A stretch of DNA of 64,000 nt from Bdellovibrionota bacterium (lineage in GTDB: Bacteria > Bdellovibrionota > UBA1018 > CAUJDS01), in assembly GCA_963169695.1 (NCBI GenBank), contig CAUJDS010000011.1, forward strand, positions 57,001 through 121,000, given 5' to 3'. Positions 29,328-39,446 of the stretch are shown here, one piece after another (within the stretch, counting starts at the first letter, position 1; each line of letters begins with the position of its first letter). The notes under the pieces are model-generated. The model was not told where the DNA came from. It did no database searches and saw only the letters and a list, made by a program, of their open reading frames with translations. A program made the position numbers and the translations under genes.

Positions 29328-30095
29328 CTACCATCGTCCTGATGCACCGCCACCTCCAAAACCACCGCCTCCTCCGCCGAAGCCACCACCACCAAATCCA
29401 CCACCGCCTCCGAAACCTCCCCCACCAAAACCCCCGCGACCTGACCATCCTCTTCGCCGCGACCAATTTTGTGAATGACCGCCTCCAAGTGAACTGAGAT
29501 AAACAAATAGAATCAGCACAAAGATCAAAAAGATAATGGTGCTTACCTGACCTGCCCTACCATCACTTATTCGACCCTTTACAGCCGGAGCCTGAATGGA
29601 TGGATCCAAATGATGAAGAATAGTCAAATAGGCACTACGAATACCCTCGCTGTAATTCCCGGCTCGAAAGAAAGGAACCAACTGATCTTGAATAATCTCC
29701 GAAGCAACTGCATCTGGAATTTCTCCTTCCAGGCCATACCCTACTTCGATCCGCATTTGTCGCTCTTTGGGAGCAATGAGTAACAAAACCCCGCGATCCG
29801 AGCCCTTCACTCCGAGTTTCCACTTCTCGGCCACGGCAATACTGAAGGATTCGATGGCGTGCCCTTGCAAAGAAGCTGGAATATAGACCGCCAACTGGAT
29901 GCCCTTGGATTGATAGACCTCTAGCAACTCCTTGGCCAAGACCTCACGCTCTGGAGAAGAAAGCAGTCCAGCGGAGTCCATAATAGGATCTCGCAATTCC
30001 GGAATGGTCTTCTTGAGGTCATCATTCAAAGCCGCCTGCGATACCAAGGCCGCAAATAAGATGGCAAGACTCCATCCGGCAAAACGAAGCTTCAT
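29328..30095 (-). CDS. TPM domain protein (YgcG-like) with a C-terminal Gly/Phe-rich tail.
   Basis: Signal peptide. TPM domain (DSAGLLSSPEREVLAKELLEVYQSKGIQLAVYIP...GVLLLIAPKERQMRIEVGYGLEG). Tail GGFGGGGFGGGGGFGGGG. The tail produces the low-complexity DNA repeat at about 29,340-29,440. Confidence 0.75.
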   Translation of the reverse strand: MKLRFAGWSLAILFAALVSQAALNDDLKKTIPELRDPIMDSAGLLSSPEREVLAKELLEVYQSKGIQLAVYIPASLQGHAIESFSIAVAEKWKLGVKGSDRGVLLLIAPKERQMRIEVGYGLEGEIPDAVASEIIQDQLVPFFRAGNYSEGIRSAYLTILHHLDPSIQAPAVKGRISDGRAGQVSTIIFLIFVLILFVYLSSLGGGHSQNWSRRRGWSGRGGFGGGGFGGGGGFGGGGFGGGGGGFGGGGASGRW

Positions 30096-30680
30096 TTAGA
30101 AACTCACTTTAGGAGTCTCTTGTGCTGACTCAGCGGCCTTAAAGGTTTCTCGTACTTGCAAATCCAAAAGGTACTTAGCCGTCAGGTTGGTCGGAAAGTA
30201 TCGAACCTTCTTATTGTAATTAGCCACCTGATCAATATAGCGTGTGCGAGCTACTGCGATTCGATTTTCAGTGCCTTCTAGCTGAGCCTGAAGAGAAAGA
30301 AAATTCTGATTGGCTTTGAGGTCTGGGTAACGCTCAATCGAAACTAGAAGGCGCCCCAGACTTCTGCCAAGCTGATCTTGAGCGGCCTGATATTTTTGAA
30401 ACATCTCCGGATTCGAAAGATCCTTTGCGTTGAGCTGGATTTGGGTGGCTTTGGCTCGCGCTTCAATTACGGCTTGCAGCGTATCTTTTTCATGCTTCGC
30501 GTATCCCTTAACCGTCTCTACCAAGTTCGGAATCAAGTCCGAACGACGCTGAAACTGATTTTGAACTTCAGACCACGAAGCTTTGACGTCTTCATCCAGT
30601 CCTTGAAGCGAATTGTACCCACAGCCCGCAAGACTTAGGTTGAACAAAACAAGTACCACTAAACTCTTAACCATCTTCAT
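30096..30680 (-). CDS. lemA: LemA family protein.
   Basis: 194 aa. N-terminal anchor followed by the LemA signature (GYNSLQGLDEDVKASWSEVQNQFQRRSDLIPNLVETVKGYAKHE). Confidence 0.8.
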   Translation of the reverse strand: MKMVKSLVVLVLFNLSLAGCGYNSLQGLDEDVKASWSEVQNQFQRRSDLIPNLVETVKGYAKHEKDTLQAVIEARAKATQIQLNAKDLSNPEMFQKYQAAQDQLGRSLGRLLVSIERYPDLKANQNFLSLQAQLEGTENRIAVARTRYIDQVANYNKKVRYFPTNLTAKYLLDLQVRETFKAAESAQETPKVSF

Positions 30681-31459
30681 TTTCCACTTACCTCCTGAAA
30701 CGCATTTTGAAACATCAACAGACCATCACCCGGTCCCCCAGCTCGATCAGGCTGGTAGGTCCACTCGGGATGAGAAGTCCATCGCACAAAGGCCTCGGGA
30801 TGCGGCATTAATCCAAAGATCCTTCCCGTCGAATCACATAGCCCTGCCAAACCAAAGGCGCTGCCATTTGGATTTTGTTCATACTTCAAACACATCATTC
30901 CGTAGCGTTCAAACTTACTTACGACTTCTGCGCTATGAGAGCCCTGAAACAAAATCCTACCCTCACCATGACGAATCGGAAGGTCAATCGTCCCCATTCG
31001 CTTGAGCCAAACGCAAGAATCACTTCCTCGCACAACCCGCACCCATTTATTTACGAACTTGCCTTGCTCGTTATTGGTTATGGTGACTGACTTTCCAAAG
31101 ATGCCTAGGCGAATCAAAGCCTGAAATCCGTTACAAACTCCAAGCACTAGGCCGCCGCGCGCTGCAAAAGCTGCAAGATCCCAACGCAAGCCATGCTGAA
31201 TTTTGAGGGCCAGTAGCTTTCCTGATGAAAGATCATCCGCAAACGAGAAGCCGCCCGGCAGCGCCAGCACCGAGTAACGCGACGACAGGTGGTCAAGCGT
31301 CATGCTCTCGGCAATCATATCGTTGAGGTGCCGTATCTCTGCTTCAAACCCAACGAGCCTCAAGGCTTCCGCTGTTTCTGTTTCGCAGTTGATGCCATCT
31401 CCCGTAATGACCAACGCACGCAAAGGTGAACTCATTCCCAATATCCTTCCCGACTCCAA
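30677..31459 (-). CDS. purQ: Phosphoribosylformylglycinamidine synthase glutaminase subunit PurQ.
   Basis: 260 aa type-I glutamine amidotransferase. Catalytic LGVCNGFQAL. Lies directly downstream of purL. Confidence 0.8.
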   Translation of the reverse strand: MESGRILGMSSPLRALVITGDGINCETETAEALRLVGFEAEIRHLNDMIAESMTLDHLSSRYSVLALPGGFSFADDLSSGKLLALKIQHGLRWDLAAFAARGGLVLGVCNGFQALIRLGIFGKSVTITNNEQGKFVNKWVRVVRGSDSCVWLKRMGTIDLPIRHGEGRILFQGSHSAEVVSKFERYGMMCLKYEQNPNGSAFGLAGLCDSTGRIFGLMPHPEAFVRWTSHPEWTYQPDRAGGPGDGLLMFQNAFQEVSGK

Positions 31460-34400
31460 GCCTTACGGCATAAATCCATGTCCAAGCTCCAAGACTCCGG
31501 TTTTACACCAGTCTGAAATTGAACTTCCAAACGAGGCGCCTTCTGCACATGGCCCATCGCCAAGAAGGGGACCTCATAGTTTTTCCACTCGGCCTCTAAG
31601 AATTGAGTATGAGCCGGAGAACAGGAGACGACGAAAGAGTGAAACCCCTCTCCAAAGCAAAACTCCCACGGATCCTCATAACGAGGAACCTGAATCAATC
31701 CGCCAAGCCCCCTTCCAAGAATACTCTCCACAACCGCTACCAAAACTCCGCCTTCCGACACATCATGAACGGAGGACAAACGTTCTTGATGCTCGCCCAG
31801 ACTTCCGCCCAACCAACGATAAATTCGCTGCGCCACTCTCCAGTCTGGAAGTCCCAATCGGTGCTCTTTGGTAAGGAGATTCGATGTTGGCAACACTGCT
31901 GAATTCTGCGAGCCACCCTTTTCTCGAATACGCTCCATCAGCATGGCGTGCATTTCTGAACCCAGGAGTCCAAATTGCCGGCCGCCTAATAGATAGATAC
32001 TCTGGCCGTCACCCTTGAAATCCGCCGTACGTGCCTTACGTATATCTTTGACTCGTCCCATGGCTGTGACTAGCAACGTGGGCGGTACCGAAATCCGGAT
32101 TTCTTTGCCTTCGCGCTTTCCGACGTAGTCATTCTTCATGGAATCTTTGCCCGATATCAAGGGCGCGCCCAATTCCAAACAAGCGTCACGCAAGCCAAAA
32201 CAGGCTCGGACCAAGGCACCCGCTTTCTCGGTATCCACCAGTGGATCAGGCCAACAGAAATTATCGACCAGTGCCAACATGGACTCGGCTGTCCCATACT
32301 CGGCACCAACGGCAAGGATGTTTCGAACGGATTCATCCACCGCACTTTGGGCCATGAGGTAGGGATCCAAATCCGAAAGCTTGGGGTTGATTCCGCATCC
32401 AACAGCGATTCCAATATTCTTATTGGGTTTTGGCTTCAAGACGGCAGCATCATTGGGACCACTAAACTCACTAGGCGTCCCCACCATTCGAGTATGGAGC
32501 GGTTTGATCACAGACATCCCTTGAACTTCATGGTCATACTGACGGATCAGCCATTCCTTAGACGCAATATTGGGGCGCTCAAGAAGCTCCAAGAGGCGCT
32601 TAGGTCCATCGATCGAAAAGTCCCATTCAATTTTTCCTGGTGTCTGATTTTCATGGGTCCAACTCGCTTCGATTTCGAGGGTTGGTCCACCATGATGAAG
32701 GAACTTGAGGTCAATCAATGCCAGGGCTTTTCCGTTATATAGGATTTCAAAAAATCCGCTGGTATTGAACTCACCAAGGTCACTGACTTCTACACCGCGT
32801 CTTTGCGCAAGCACCTTAAAGGCATCACGCTTCTCAGGCGGAACCGCAACGGTCATTCGCTCTTGGGATTCACTGATCACCAGTTCGTAGGGCCGAAGTC
32901 CTGGGTACTTGGTTTTGGCAAGTCCCACGTCGATCTTTGCGCCACCGCTCAGGGTTGCAAGCTCACCCACTGAGGAAGACAATCCGCCCGCTCCATTGTC
33001 GGTAAGCGTGCGATACAATCCAAGGTCGCGCGCTTCCAAAATAAAGTCGCTCATACGCTTCTGAGTAATGGGATCACCCAACTGAACGGCGGAGGTAGGA
33101 GAACTTTCTTGAAGGGCCAAAGAAGAAAACGTCGCTCCATGAATCCCGTCTTTACCGATTCTTCCTCCCACCATAAAGACTCGATCGGAAGGTCGAATCT
33201 CCTTGGTCTGACAAGGGATACCTCCGCTCATGCGTGGCATGATTCCGCCCGTACCGCAATAAATGAGGGGTTTGCCAAGAAAGCGATCATCAAAAACCAA
33301 GGCGCCATTGACGGTTGGAATCCCACTTTGATTTCCGCCGTCTTCCACTCCTTTGCGAACCCCATCTAAAATTCGACGCGGATGCAAGATACGATCAGGC
33401 AAAGGGGCCAGGTAGTCTGGTTTTGCCACGCAGAATACATCAGTATTGAAAATGGGTTTGGCACCGCGTCCACATCCCAAGATATCGCGATTGACGCCAA
33501 CGATTCCGGTAAGTGCGCCGCCATAAGGATCCAAGGCGGATGGAGAATTATGCGTTTCGACTTTGATACAAATGGCATCTTCTTCATCGAGCGCAACAAT
33601 GCCCGCGTTGTCCTTGAATACGGATAGGAGCCAAGGTCGTTGAATCTCTGCCGTAGTTCCAGCAATCGTGGTCTTAAAAAGACTATCTACTCGCTCTGGC
33701 AAACTCGAACGTACACCCCAAGGGCTCTCACCGATTTCACGATAGTGAATCGTCGCATTGAATATCTTATGTTTGCAGTGCTCAGACCAAGTCTGTGCAA
33801 AAACTTCCATCTCCACATCCGTGGGCTGAATGGGCAAATCTCGATCCGTGCGAAGCGACTTCACGCGATTGTCTTGAAAGTGCTTTCGAATAGCTTTCAT
33901 CTCGTCCAACGAAAGTGCCCAGAGTGCTTCGCGGCTCATATCCGTCAGCGCTTGATCATTGAGGCCGTCGAGCGCCACTTCATGAACGCGATCTGAACCC
34001 TTCATTGGACTTCTCGAAAACCCAAACCGCACATGATCTGGTTGAAAGCGTTCATTTGAGCGCAGCTCAACAGCAGGAACGAGGGTCCACGAGTGAATCA
34101 ATTCATTACTCAAGACATCTTTGGCAAGCAAGGTTACGTCGGATTCTTTGAGGTCCACGCCTTCCAAAACCAAAAGACAACCACTTGATGCTCGAGGATG
34201 GGTGTTCTTTCCAGCAAGCACAATATCCAAAGCTTCGCGCGCTGACCGTCCAACATTGTCTGTGACGCCTGGACGAAAACGGCGCTCAATCCCCCAGAAA
34301 TTTCCCGATCGCTGAGGAGCCGATTCAAAGAGGTCCAAAAGGCCGCCGTGAGACCCTGCCGTAGAAGGAATCAAATCGCCTGTAAAAAGCCAATTGACCA

Positions 34401-34602
34401 CGGGGTCATGAAAAATGGCGCTCACCGCAGGGATCACTTGTTCGCGTGGAGCCTGAACCTCTAACCAATAGACTTGCAACATCCGCGCCCAGCGAATTGC
34501 GCGCCGAATCTTTGGATGGGCCATCTCGATTCGTCGAAGGATTCGATCTGCTTCGGGGTCATTGAATTCTGGACGACGTGCAACTTCAACTCGGACGAAC
34601 AA
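31432..34602 (-). CDS. purL: Phosphoribosylformylglycinamidine synthase PurL. Large-type architecture but no C-terminal glutaminase domain.
   Basis: 1056 aa. N-terminal large-PurL-type domain followed by duplicated AIRS-like FGAM synthetase domains. Length lies between the small (~740 aa) and large (~1300 aa) PurL forms. A separate purQ follows. Confidence 0.8.
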   Translation of the reverse strand: MFVRVEVARRPEFNDPEADRILRRIEMAHPKIRRAIRWARMLQVYWLEVQAPREQVIPAVSAIFHDPVVNWLFTGDLIPSTAGSHGGLLDLFESAPQRSGNFWGIERRFRPGVTDNVGRSAREALDIVLAGKNTHPRASSGCLLVLEGVDLKESDVTLLAKDVLSNELIHSWTLVPAVELRSNERFQPDHVRFGFSRSPMKGSDRVHEVALDGLNDQALTDMSREALWALSLDEMKAIRKHFQDNRVKSLRTDRDLPIQPTDVEMEVFAQTWSEHCKHKIFNATIHYREIGESPWGVRSSLPERVDSLFKTTIAGTTAEIQRPWLLSVFKDNAGIVALDEEDAICIKVETHNSPSALDPYGGALTGIVGVNRDILGCGRGAKPIFNTDVFCVAKPDYLAPLPDRILHPRRILDGVRKGVEDGGNQSGIPTVNGALVFDDRFLGKPLIYCGTGGIMPRMSGGIPCQTKEIRPSDRVFMVGGRIGKDGIHGATFSSLALQESSPTSAVQLGDPITQKRMSDFILEARDLGLYRTLTDNGAGGLSSSVGELATLSGGAKIDVGLAKTKYPGLRPYELVISESQERMTVAVPPEKRDAFKVLAQRRGVEVSDLGEFNTSGFFEILYNGKALALIDLKFLHHGGPTLEIEASWTHENQTPGKIEWDFSIDGPKRLLELLERPNIASKEWLIRQYDHEVQGMSVIKPLHTRMVGTPSEFSGPNDAAVLKPKPNKNIGIAVGCGINPKLSDLDPYLMAQSAVDESVRNILAVGAEYGTAESMLALVDNFCWPDPLVDTEKAGALVRACFGLRDACLELGAPLISGKDSMKNDYVGKREGKEIRISVPPTLLVTAMGRVKDIRKARTADFKGDGQSIYLLGGRQFGLLGSEMHAMLMERIREKGGSQNSAVLPTSNLLTKEHRLGLPDWRVAQRIYRWLGGSLGEHQERLSSVHDVSEGGVLVAVVESILGRGLGGLIQVPRYEDPWEFCFGEGFHSFVVSCSPAHTQFLEAEWKNYEVPFLAMGHVQKAPRLEVQFQTGVKPESWSLDMDLCRKAWSREGYWE

Positions 34603-35236
34603 AGGCCCTCCTCTCGGGGCCTGCGCCCCGGTTCTCTACCATAAACTTCTCTGACAAAATCCAATTCAGGGCTCGAGGATAGAGGTCATGCTCTAGCTCA
34701 AGGCCCTTTTTTTCGACTTCTGAAATGGAAGTCAAATGCTGAATATCAAATGCTTCCTGTGCACAAACAGGTCCTTCGTCCATCCCTTCACTGACCAAAT
34801 GAACGGTGACTCCGGTAACTTTAGCGCCATAGTGAAAAGCCTTGGCGTAACTACCCAATCCAGGAAAAGCTGGCAAAAGCGAAGGATGAATGTTCACCAC
34901 GCGCTGATAGCCTTTGCCCGAATCAAATGCGCCTAAAAACTCAGGGGATAAAAGACGATCATACCCCGCGAGTACAACAAACCCCACCCTTTGAGCACGC
35001 AATAGCAATAAGACACGTTGGTCATAGCTAGTCCGAGATTCTTGAGGAAGGGCAATCAAACATTCTGAATGAACTTTTGCTTCGCTAGCATAAGCCAGGA
35101 CAGGAGCCTTCTCCCGATTGGAAAGCACTAAAACCGGGTCGTGTTGCAAATCCCCGCGCCGACAAGCTTCTAGGATTGCCTTGGCATTGCTTCCACGGCC
35201 CGAGGCCAAAATAGCAAATCGCTGACGTATGCTCAT
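34586..35236 (-). CDS. purN: Phosphoribosylglycinamide formyltransferase.
   Basis: MSIRQRFAILASGRGSNAKAIL... with the PurN motif. The true start is the ATG at 35236 (M70 of the track ORF). Start overlaps the purD stop (ATGA). Confidence 0.85.
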   Translation of the reverse strand: MSIRQRFAILASGRGSNAKAILEACRRGDLQHDPVLVLSNREKAPVLAYASEAKVHSECLIALPQESRTSYDQRVLLLLRAQRVGFVVLAGYDRLLSPEFLGAFDSGKGYQRVVNIHPSLLPAFPGLGSYAKAFHYGAKVTGVTVHLVSEGMDEGPVCAQEAFDIQHLTSISEVEKKGLELEHDLYPRALNWILSEKFMVENRGAGPERRAFVRPS

Positions 35237-36513
35237 AAGACGCCTACGTCCTCTCGGTTCTGCATTCCTCGAAACCGCATGGTCTCCAATCGCTGGTAGG
35301 CCAACGCACGCGCCTCTTCCAATTTTGGCGCCTGTCCCAATGCACCAAGTACGCGTCCTCCAGAAGTCACGCCGGGTTCTTTCATACCAGCAACAAATCC
35401 AGAGGGATCTTGGCACGACCGAAGCGACTCCTTCCACTTCCAACCCGAAACAGAATCACCTTTCACGGGCGCATCAGGATATCCTTCGGCGGCACCGACG
35501 ACATAGACTGCCGCGCGATCATGAAATCCAACACGCACCTGATCGTGTTGCCATCCTTCGCCCGTAGCTACTCGCATAACCCATTGCCAAAGATCGTCTT
35601 TCATACGCGGAAGCAAGACTTGCGCTTCTGGATCTCCGAGCCTTGCATTGAATTCCAAAACCGAGAGCCGCTGCGTACTAGAATTGAAAATCAATCCTGC
35701 ATAGAGGATTCCATGAAATGGGGTTCCGCGCTTTTTCATTTCATGAAGCACAGGAAGGAACACATCCTTTCGCACTCGCTCAAAAGCTTCTTCTGTTTGA
35801 AACAAAGCGACTGGACTGTAGGCGCCCATGCCACCCGTATTAGGACCTAGGTTTTTGGTTTGGAGGCGCTTGTAATCTCGAGAAGTATCCCAAAGCGCTA
35901 CGCGATCACCGCGACAGAACGCCATCCAAGAAACCTCTTCTCCCTCTAAAAACTCTTCAATGACGACGTTGCCCGACAATTCCAATAGTGTCTCTAACGC
36001 CTGACTTGCATCCTTGCGTGTCGAGCAAATCTTGACGCCTTTGCCGAGTGCGAGTCCGTCTGCTTTGATCACCCAAGGAGACTTGAATCGATCGAGCGCA
36101 CGCTCACCCGCACTTCGATCTGTGACGCTGACCCAAGCGGCTGTATCAACCTTTGCAGCTTGCATGATTTCTTTTGCAAAGGACTTGCTGGATTCTAATT
36201 TTGCGCCGGTCGCGAGCGGTCCAAGTGCTGGAATACCTGCTGCTACGAAGTGATCGCAGAGCCCTTGAGCAATGGGATCATCTGGCCCAACCACTGCACA
36301 TTGAACACCTTCGGTTTTTGCTCGCTGAACGATTTCTTCAAATCCAATTTCTGGATTCCAAACTTCGAGCGACCATTGGGATTCTTTTTCTGGAACGGCT
36401 GCAATATGAGACGCCACCCAAATGAGTCGAGTCACCTCAGTCGACTGCGCCAACTTCCAAGCCCACGCGTGCTCTCTCGCACCAGAGCCATAAAGAAGGA
36501 CCGTCGCTCCCAC
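35233..36513 (-). CDS. purD: Phosphoribosylamine--glycine ligase.
   Basis: ATP-grasp. VLLYGSGAREHAWAWKL N-terminal motif. The start is probably a GTG at about 36513 that overlaps the purC stop (TAGTG); the exact start is uncertain. Confidence 0.82.
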   Translation of the reverse strand: MGATVLLYGSGAREHAWAWKLAQSTEVTRLIWVASHIAAVPEKESQWSLEVWNPEIGFEEIVQRAKTEGVQCAVVGPDDPIAQGLCDHFVAAGIPALGPLATGAKLESSKSFAKEIMQAAKVDTAAWVSVTDRSAGERALDRFKSPWVIKADGLALGKGVKICSTRKDASQALETLLELSGNVVIEEFLEGEEVSWMAFCRGDRVALWDTSRDYKRLQTKNLGPNTGGMGAYSPVALFQTEEAFERVRKDVFLPVLHEMKKRGTPFHGILYAGLIFNSSTQRLSVLEFNARLGDPEAQVLLPRMKDDLWQWVMRVATGEGWQHDQVRVGFHDRAAVYVVGAAEGYPDAPVKGDSVSGWKWKESLRSCQDPSGFVAGMKEPGVTSGGRVLGALGQAPKLEEARALAYQRLETMRFRGMQNREDVGVL

Positions 36514-37793
36514 TAGCTTCCCTCCATATGGACAGAGTATTCTTGCAGCACCCGATCGAGTGACCACGCTTGAGCAAACCAACGTTTGCCCGTGAGTTCA
36601 TTGGCGAGTGCTTGATAAAGCTGAGAAACCCATTCACGCTTGGCCTTCGGGAGGGACTGGGGCTGCTCAGCAACTAATTTTTTCCAATCCAAGATCCCTT
36701 TGGCCTTGGCCTCCTCTTTTGCTCGCTCTACGCCTTGATACCAACTCGTTGTACGGTAATGCGAACGAAGCGCTTCCTTCGAAAGTTGAATGCCGTTCTT
36801 GAGGATCCGTAGTTCATCCGGACCAATCGCATCCACGAGCATCAACTCCCCAGTCTCCGTCAAACCCCATTCGAGTTTTCCGTCAGCGAGTTCGAGGCCC
36901 GATCGAGCGCAAAGGTCTTTGAGGTAGCCAGCCACCCAAACGGTCTTTAAGAAAAGCTCCTCAAGAATCCTCGCAGGAATTCCACAGAGATTGATGGCTT
37001 CGGTGGTTCCGATCCTACGATCTTCGGATTCGAGCTTCGTCGAAAACTCGATCACCGGAAAATCCCACTTCGTGCCGGGTTCTACTCCACGCGCCATGAC
37101 CTCAGGAGGTAGCGCAAGGTTCTTCCAATAATCCGCGTGTTTTTGAACGTAAGAAACCAAAGAACTTCCCGGTGGGCACGAAAAACGAAACAGAACCTCA
37201 AGTGGAATCAACCGAGGAGGCTTGGTCGCCCGGACGGGCGAGTAATCCAAGACCGAGCGCCCCAAAAAGACATCCTCTCTCGGGCGCTCTACTGCTACCT
37301 TCCGCACCACGAGGTGCCGAAAAACCTCGGGATCTGGCTTTTCAAATAGTTCACTCGAGAGCCTTGGCTGAACACCCCCACCATCCATCAAAGAAGCCAC
37401 CAACGAAGATGGTGCAACCCCAAGCATGTGAGTGAGGAGACCTTTTTGCTTCAGCACCTCACCGATTTCATTGAAGGTTGAATTGATTGAGACGGGCTCT
37501 GCAGTCTTACGTTTGGGACTCGCTGCTCCCAGGGCTGACATACCTTTGCGAATCTGCAGTGCGGTCTCTGATTTCGAGAATCGCTCCCACGATCGAGGAT
37601 CCTGCAACCGCTCGTACCAGCAAGCTGCGAGAATGGCCAATGCAGCGCCTTTTTCTGGAAGGAGGTCGGGCATCCTTCCCCAATCAAATACCGAATAAGC
37701 GTCCGTATAGTGAAAGAGGAGCGCGTCCGAGCCTTCAAATTGAACGGGTCCCAGTACGTCTTTGACGGATCCACGATAAAGGGTAGAAATCAC
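36513..37793 (-). CDS. purC: SAICAR synthetase (phosphoribosylaminoimidazole-succinocarboxamide synthase), long form with a ~150-aa insertion.
   Basis: MISTLYRGSVKDVL, IPLEVLFR, LADGKLEWG and LVDAIGPDELRI match PurC motifs. 426 aa against the usual 240-300. Confidence 0.75.
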   Translation of the reverse strand: MISTLYRGSVKDVLGPVQFEGSDALLFHYTDAYSVFDWGRMPDLLPEKGAALAILAACWYERLQDPRSWERFSKSETALQIRKGMSALGAASPKRKTAEPVSINSTFNEIGEVLKQKGLLTHMLGVAPSSLVASLMDGGGVQPRLSSELFEKPDPEVFRHLVVRKVAVERPREDVFLGRSVLDYSPVRATKPPRLIPLEVLFRFSCPPGSSLVSYVQKHADYWKNLALPPEVMARGVEPGTKWDFPVIEFSTKLESEDRRIGTTEAINLCGIPARILEELFLKTVWVAGYLKDLCARSGLELADGKLEWGLTETGELMLVDAIGPDELRILKNGIQLSKEALRSHYRTTSWYQGVERAKEEAKAKGILDWKKLVAEQPQSLPKAKREWVSQLYQALANELTGKRWFAQAWSLDRVLQEYSVHMEGS

Positions 37794-37808
37794 TCTCTCT
37801 CCTCCAAG

Positions 37809-39296
37809 TTAATTCGAAGTGGAGCGGCGATCGGATTCTCTCGTTTCCGCAAATCGCAGCCCCGTAGCTACATCGGTAGGATATTTTCCATTGAGGCATG
37901 CCATACAGGGATTACTAATCTTCTTGTTCCCATTGGCACTTTCTTCGATCGACTTTTGAAGGCCCTCTTCCGTGATATAAATCACAGCATCCGCACCTAA
38001 CAAAGATTCAATCTCGGCATTGCTACGCTGATAGGCCACCAACTCTGACCCACTAGGAAAATCAATGCCATAATAACAGGGGTTCTTAATGGGAGGACAG
38101 GTCGATACAAAATAGACTTTCTTCGCCCCTGCATTGCGCACGTGCTGAATCAAACGTGTGGAAGTCGTTCCACGAACAATGGAATCATCGACCAAGACCA
38201 CTTCTTTCCCTTTGATCTCGGATTTTACGGGCGAGAGCTTCAACTCTACTGCGCGACGTCTCTTGTCATCAGAATCTAGAATAAAGGTTCGCTTGATGTA
38301 GCGATTTTTAATCAAGACTTCGCGATAGGGAATTCCCAATTCCTCCGAAACTGCAATAGCTGCAATTCGGGAGGTCTCTGGCACCGGCACAATCATATCT
38401 GGTTTGATGCCCCTTTTTGAAAACTCGGCTTTCAATTGCGTAGCGAGGTTCTTTCCTAAATTGATTCGTGTCCGATAGACTGGCGTCTCGTCCAATACCG
38501 ATTCAGGCGATGCAAAATAGACCCACTCAAACATACAAGGTCTGCGAGGCTTTCCGCCCAGCACCTTCGTAAAGACTTCTCCCTTGAGATTGATGGCAAT
38601 CACTTCACCGGGTTCAAGGTTTCGGACAATCTGATAGCCATTGAAATCCAAAGCTACGCTTTCGGATGCAACCATATGCGCTTCACCCGAGGGCAACGAT
38701 CCTTCTTTCTTTCCCCAGATCATCGGACGCAATCCAAGCCGATCTCGAAAGGCGACCATTCCAAACCCTGCAACAAGTAGCGCGACACAGTAGCTGCCGT
38801 TGACATGATCCATAAGGCCACTCACTGCGTGGCAGATCGTCTCGAACTTCAATTCTTCCGTCACTGGACCATGGGCAACAAGTCCTTCAGAAAAGAGATT
38901 CAAAAGAACTTCGCCATCCGAGTGCGAAAGTGGATGCCGCTTGCTTTCTTTGATCTGTCGCTTCAGCAAGTCCGAGTAATTGACGGTGTTTCCGTTTTGC
39001 ACCAATCCAATTCCGTAAGGATAGTTGGAGACAAAGGGCTGAACGTCGCTGAGATCCCCTTTTCCAATGGTAGAATAACGCGCATGACCAATCGCCATCT
39101 CGCCGGTGAGGGTTTCAAATTTCTCTCGAGTAAAAACGGATTCGACTAGTCCTGTATTTCTGACGCGGTGAAAACCTTCTGAGTCATAAGTAAGGATGCC
39201 AGCGGCGTCCTGACCGCGATGCTGCAGCGTAGTAAGCCCAAGAAAGGCTTCCCGAGCTGAGGAAGGAGAACCGATGATTCCGACGACGCCGCACAT
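37809..39296 (-). CDS. purF: Amidophosphoribosyltransferase.
   Basis: MCGVVGIIGSP... N-terminal Cys nucleophile. PRTase domain. 495 aa. Confidence 0.9.
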   Translation of the reverse strand: MCGVVGIIGSPSSAREAFLGLTTLQHRGQDAAGILTYDSEGFHRVRNTGLVESVFTREKFETLTGEMAIGHARYSTIGKGDLSDVQPFVSNYPYGIGLVQNGNTVNYSDLLKRQIKESKRHPLSHSDGEVLLNLFSEGLVAHGPVTEELKFETICHAVSGLMDHVNGSYCVALLVAGFGMVAFRDRLGLRPMIWGKKEGSLPSGEAHMVASESVALDFNGYQIVRNLEPGEVIAINLKGEVFTKVLGGKPRRPCMFEWVYFASPESVLDETPVYRTRINLGKNLATQLKAEFSKRGIKPDMIVPVPETSRIAAIAVSEELGIPYREVLIKNRYIKRTFILDSDDKRRRAVELKLSPVKSEIKGKEVVLVDDSIVRGTTSTRLIQHVRNAGAKKVYFVSTCPPIKNPCYYGIDFPSGSELVAYQRSNAEIESLLGADAVIYITEEGLQKSIEESANGNKKISNPCMACLNGKYPTDVATGLRFAETRESDRRSTSN

Positions 39297-39446
39297 TTTG
39301 CGTCTTGTTTATCATAAACTTTATCGCGTTAGCACTGCTTTTGACGTTTAATACAGAAGTGAATACAATCATTTCCGGGGGGAGGCTTAACTGGTGCTTG
39401 TGGTGCCGGCTAGGTCCATCAACGAATTCACTTCAGATTTGGGGGA

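Noticed and set aside
29331-29440. Low-complexity cca/ccg/ccc-rich DNA repeat.
   Set aside because: It is the coding sequence, on the minus strand, for the Gly/Phe-rich C-terminal tail of the TPM/YgcG protein. It is not a separate repeat element.
39297-39446. Possible purine or ZTP riboswitch in the purF leader.
   Set aside because: The reverse-complemented leader shows none of the conserved purine-riboswitch (J1/J2/J3) or pfl/ZTP consensus segments. No support.
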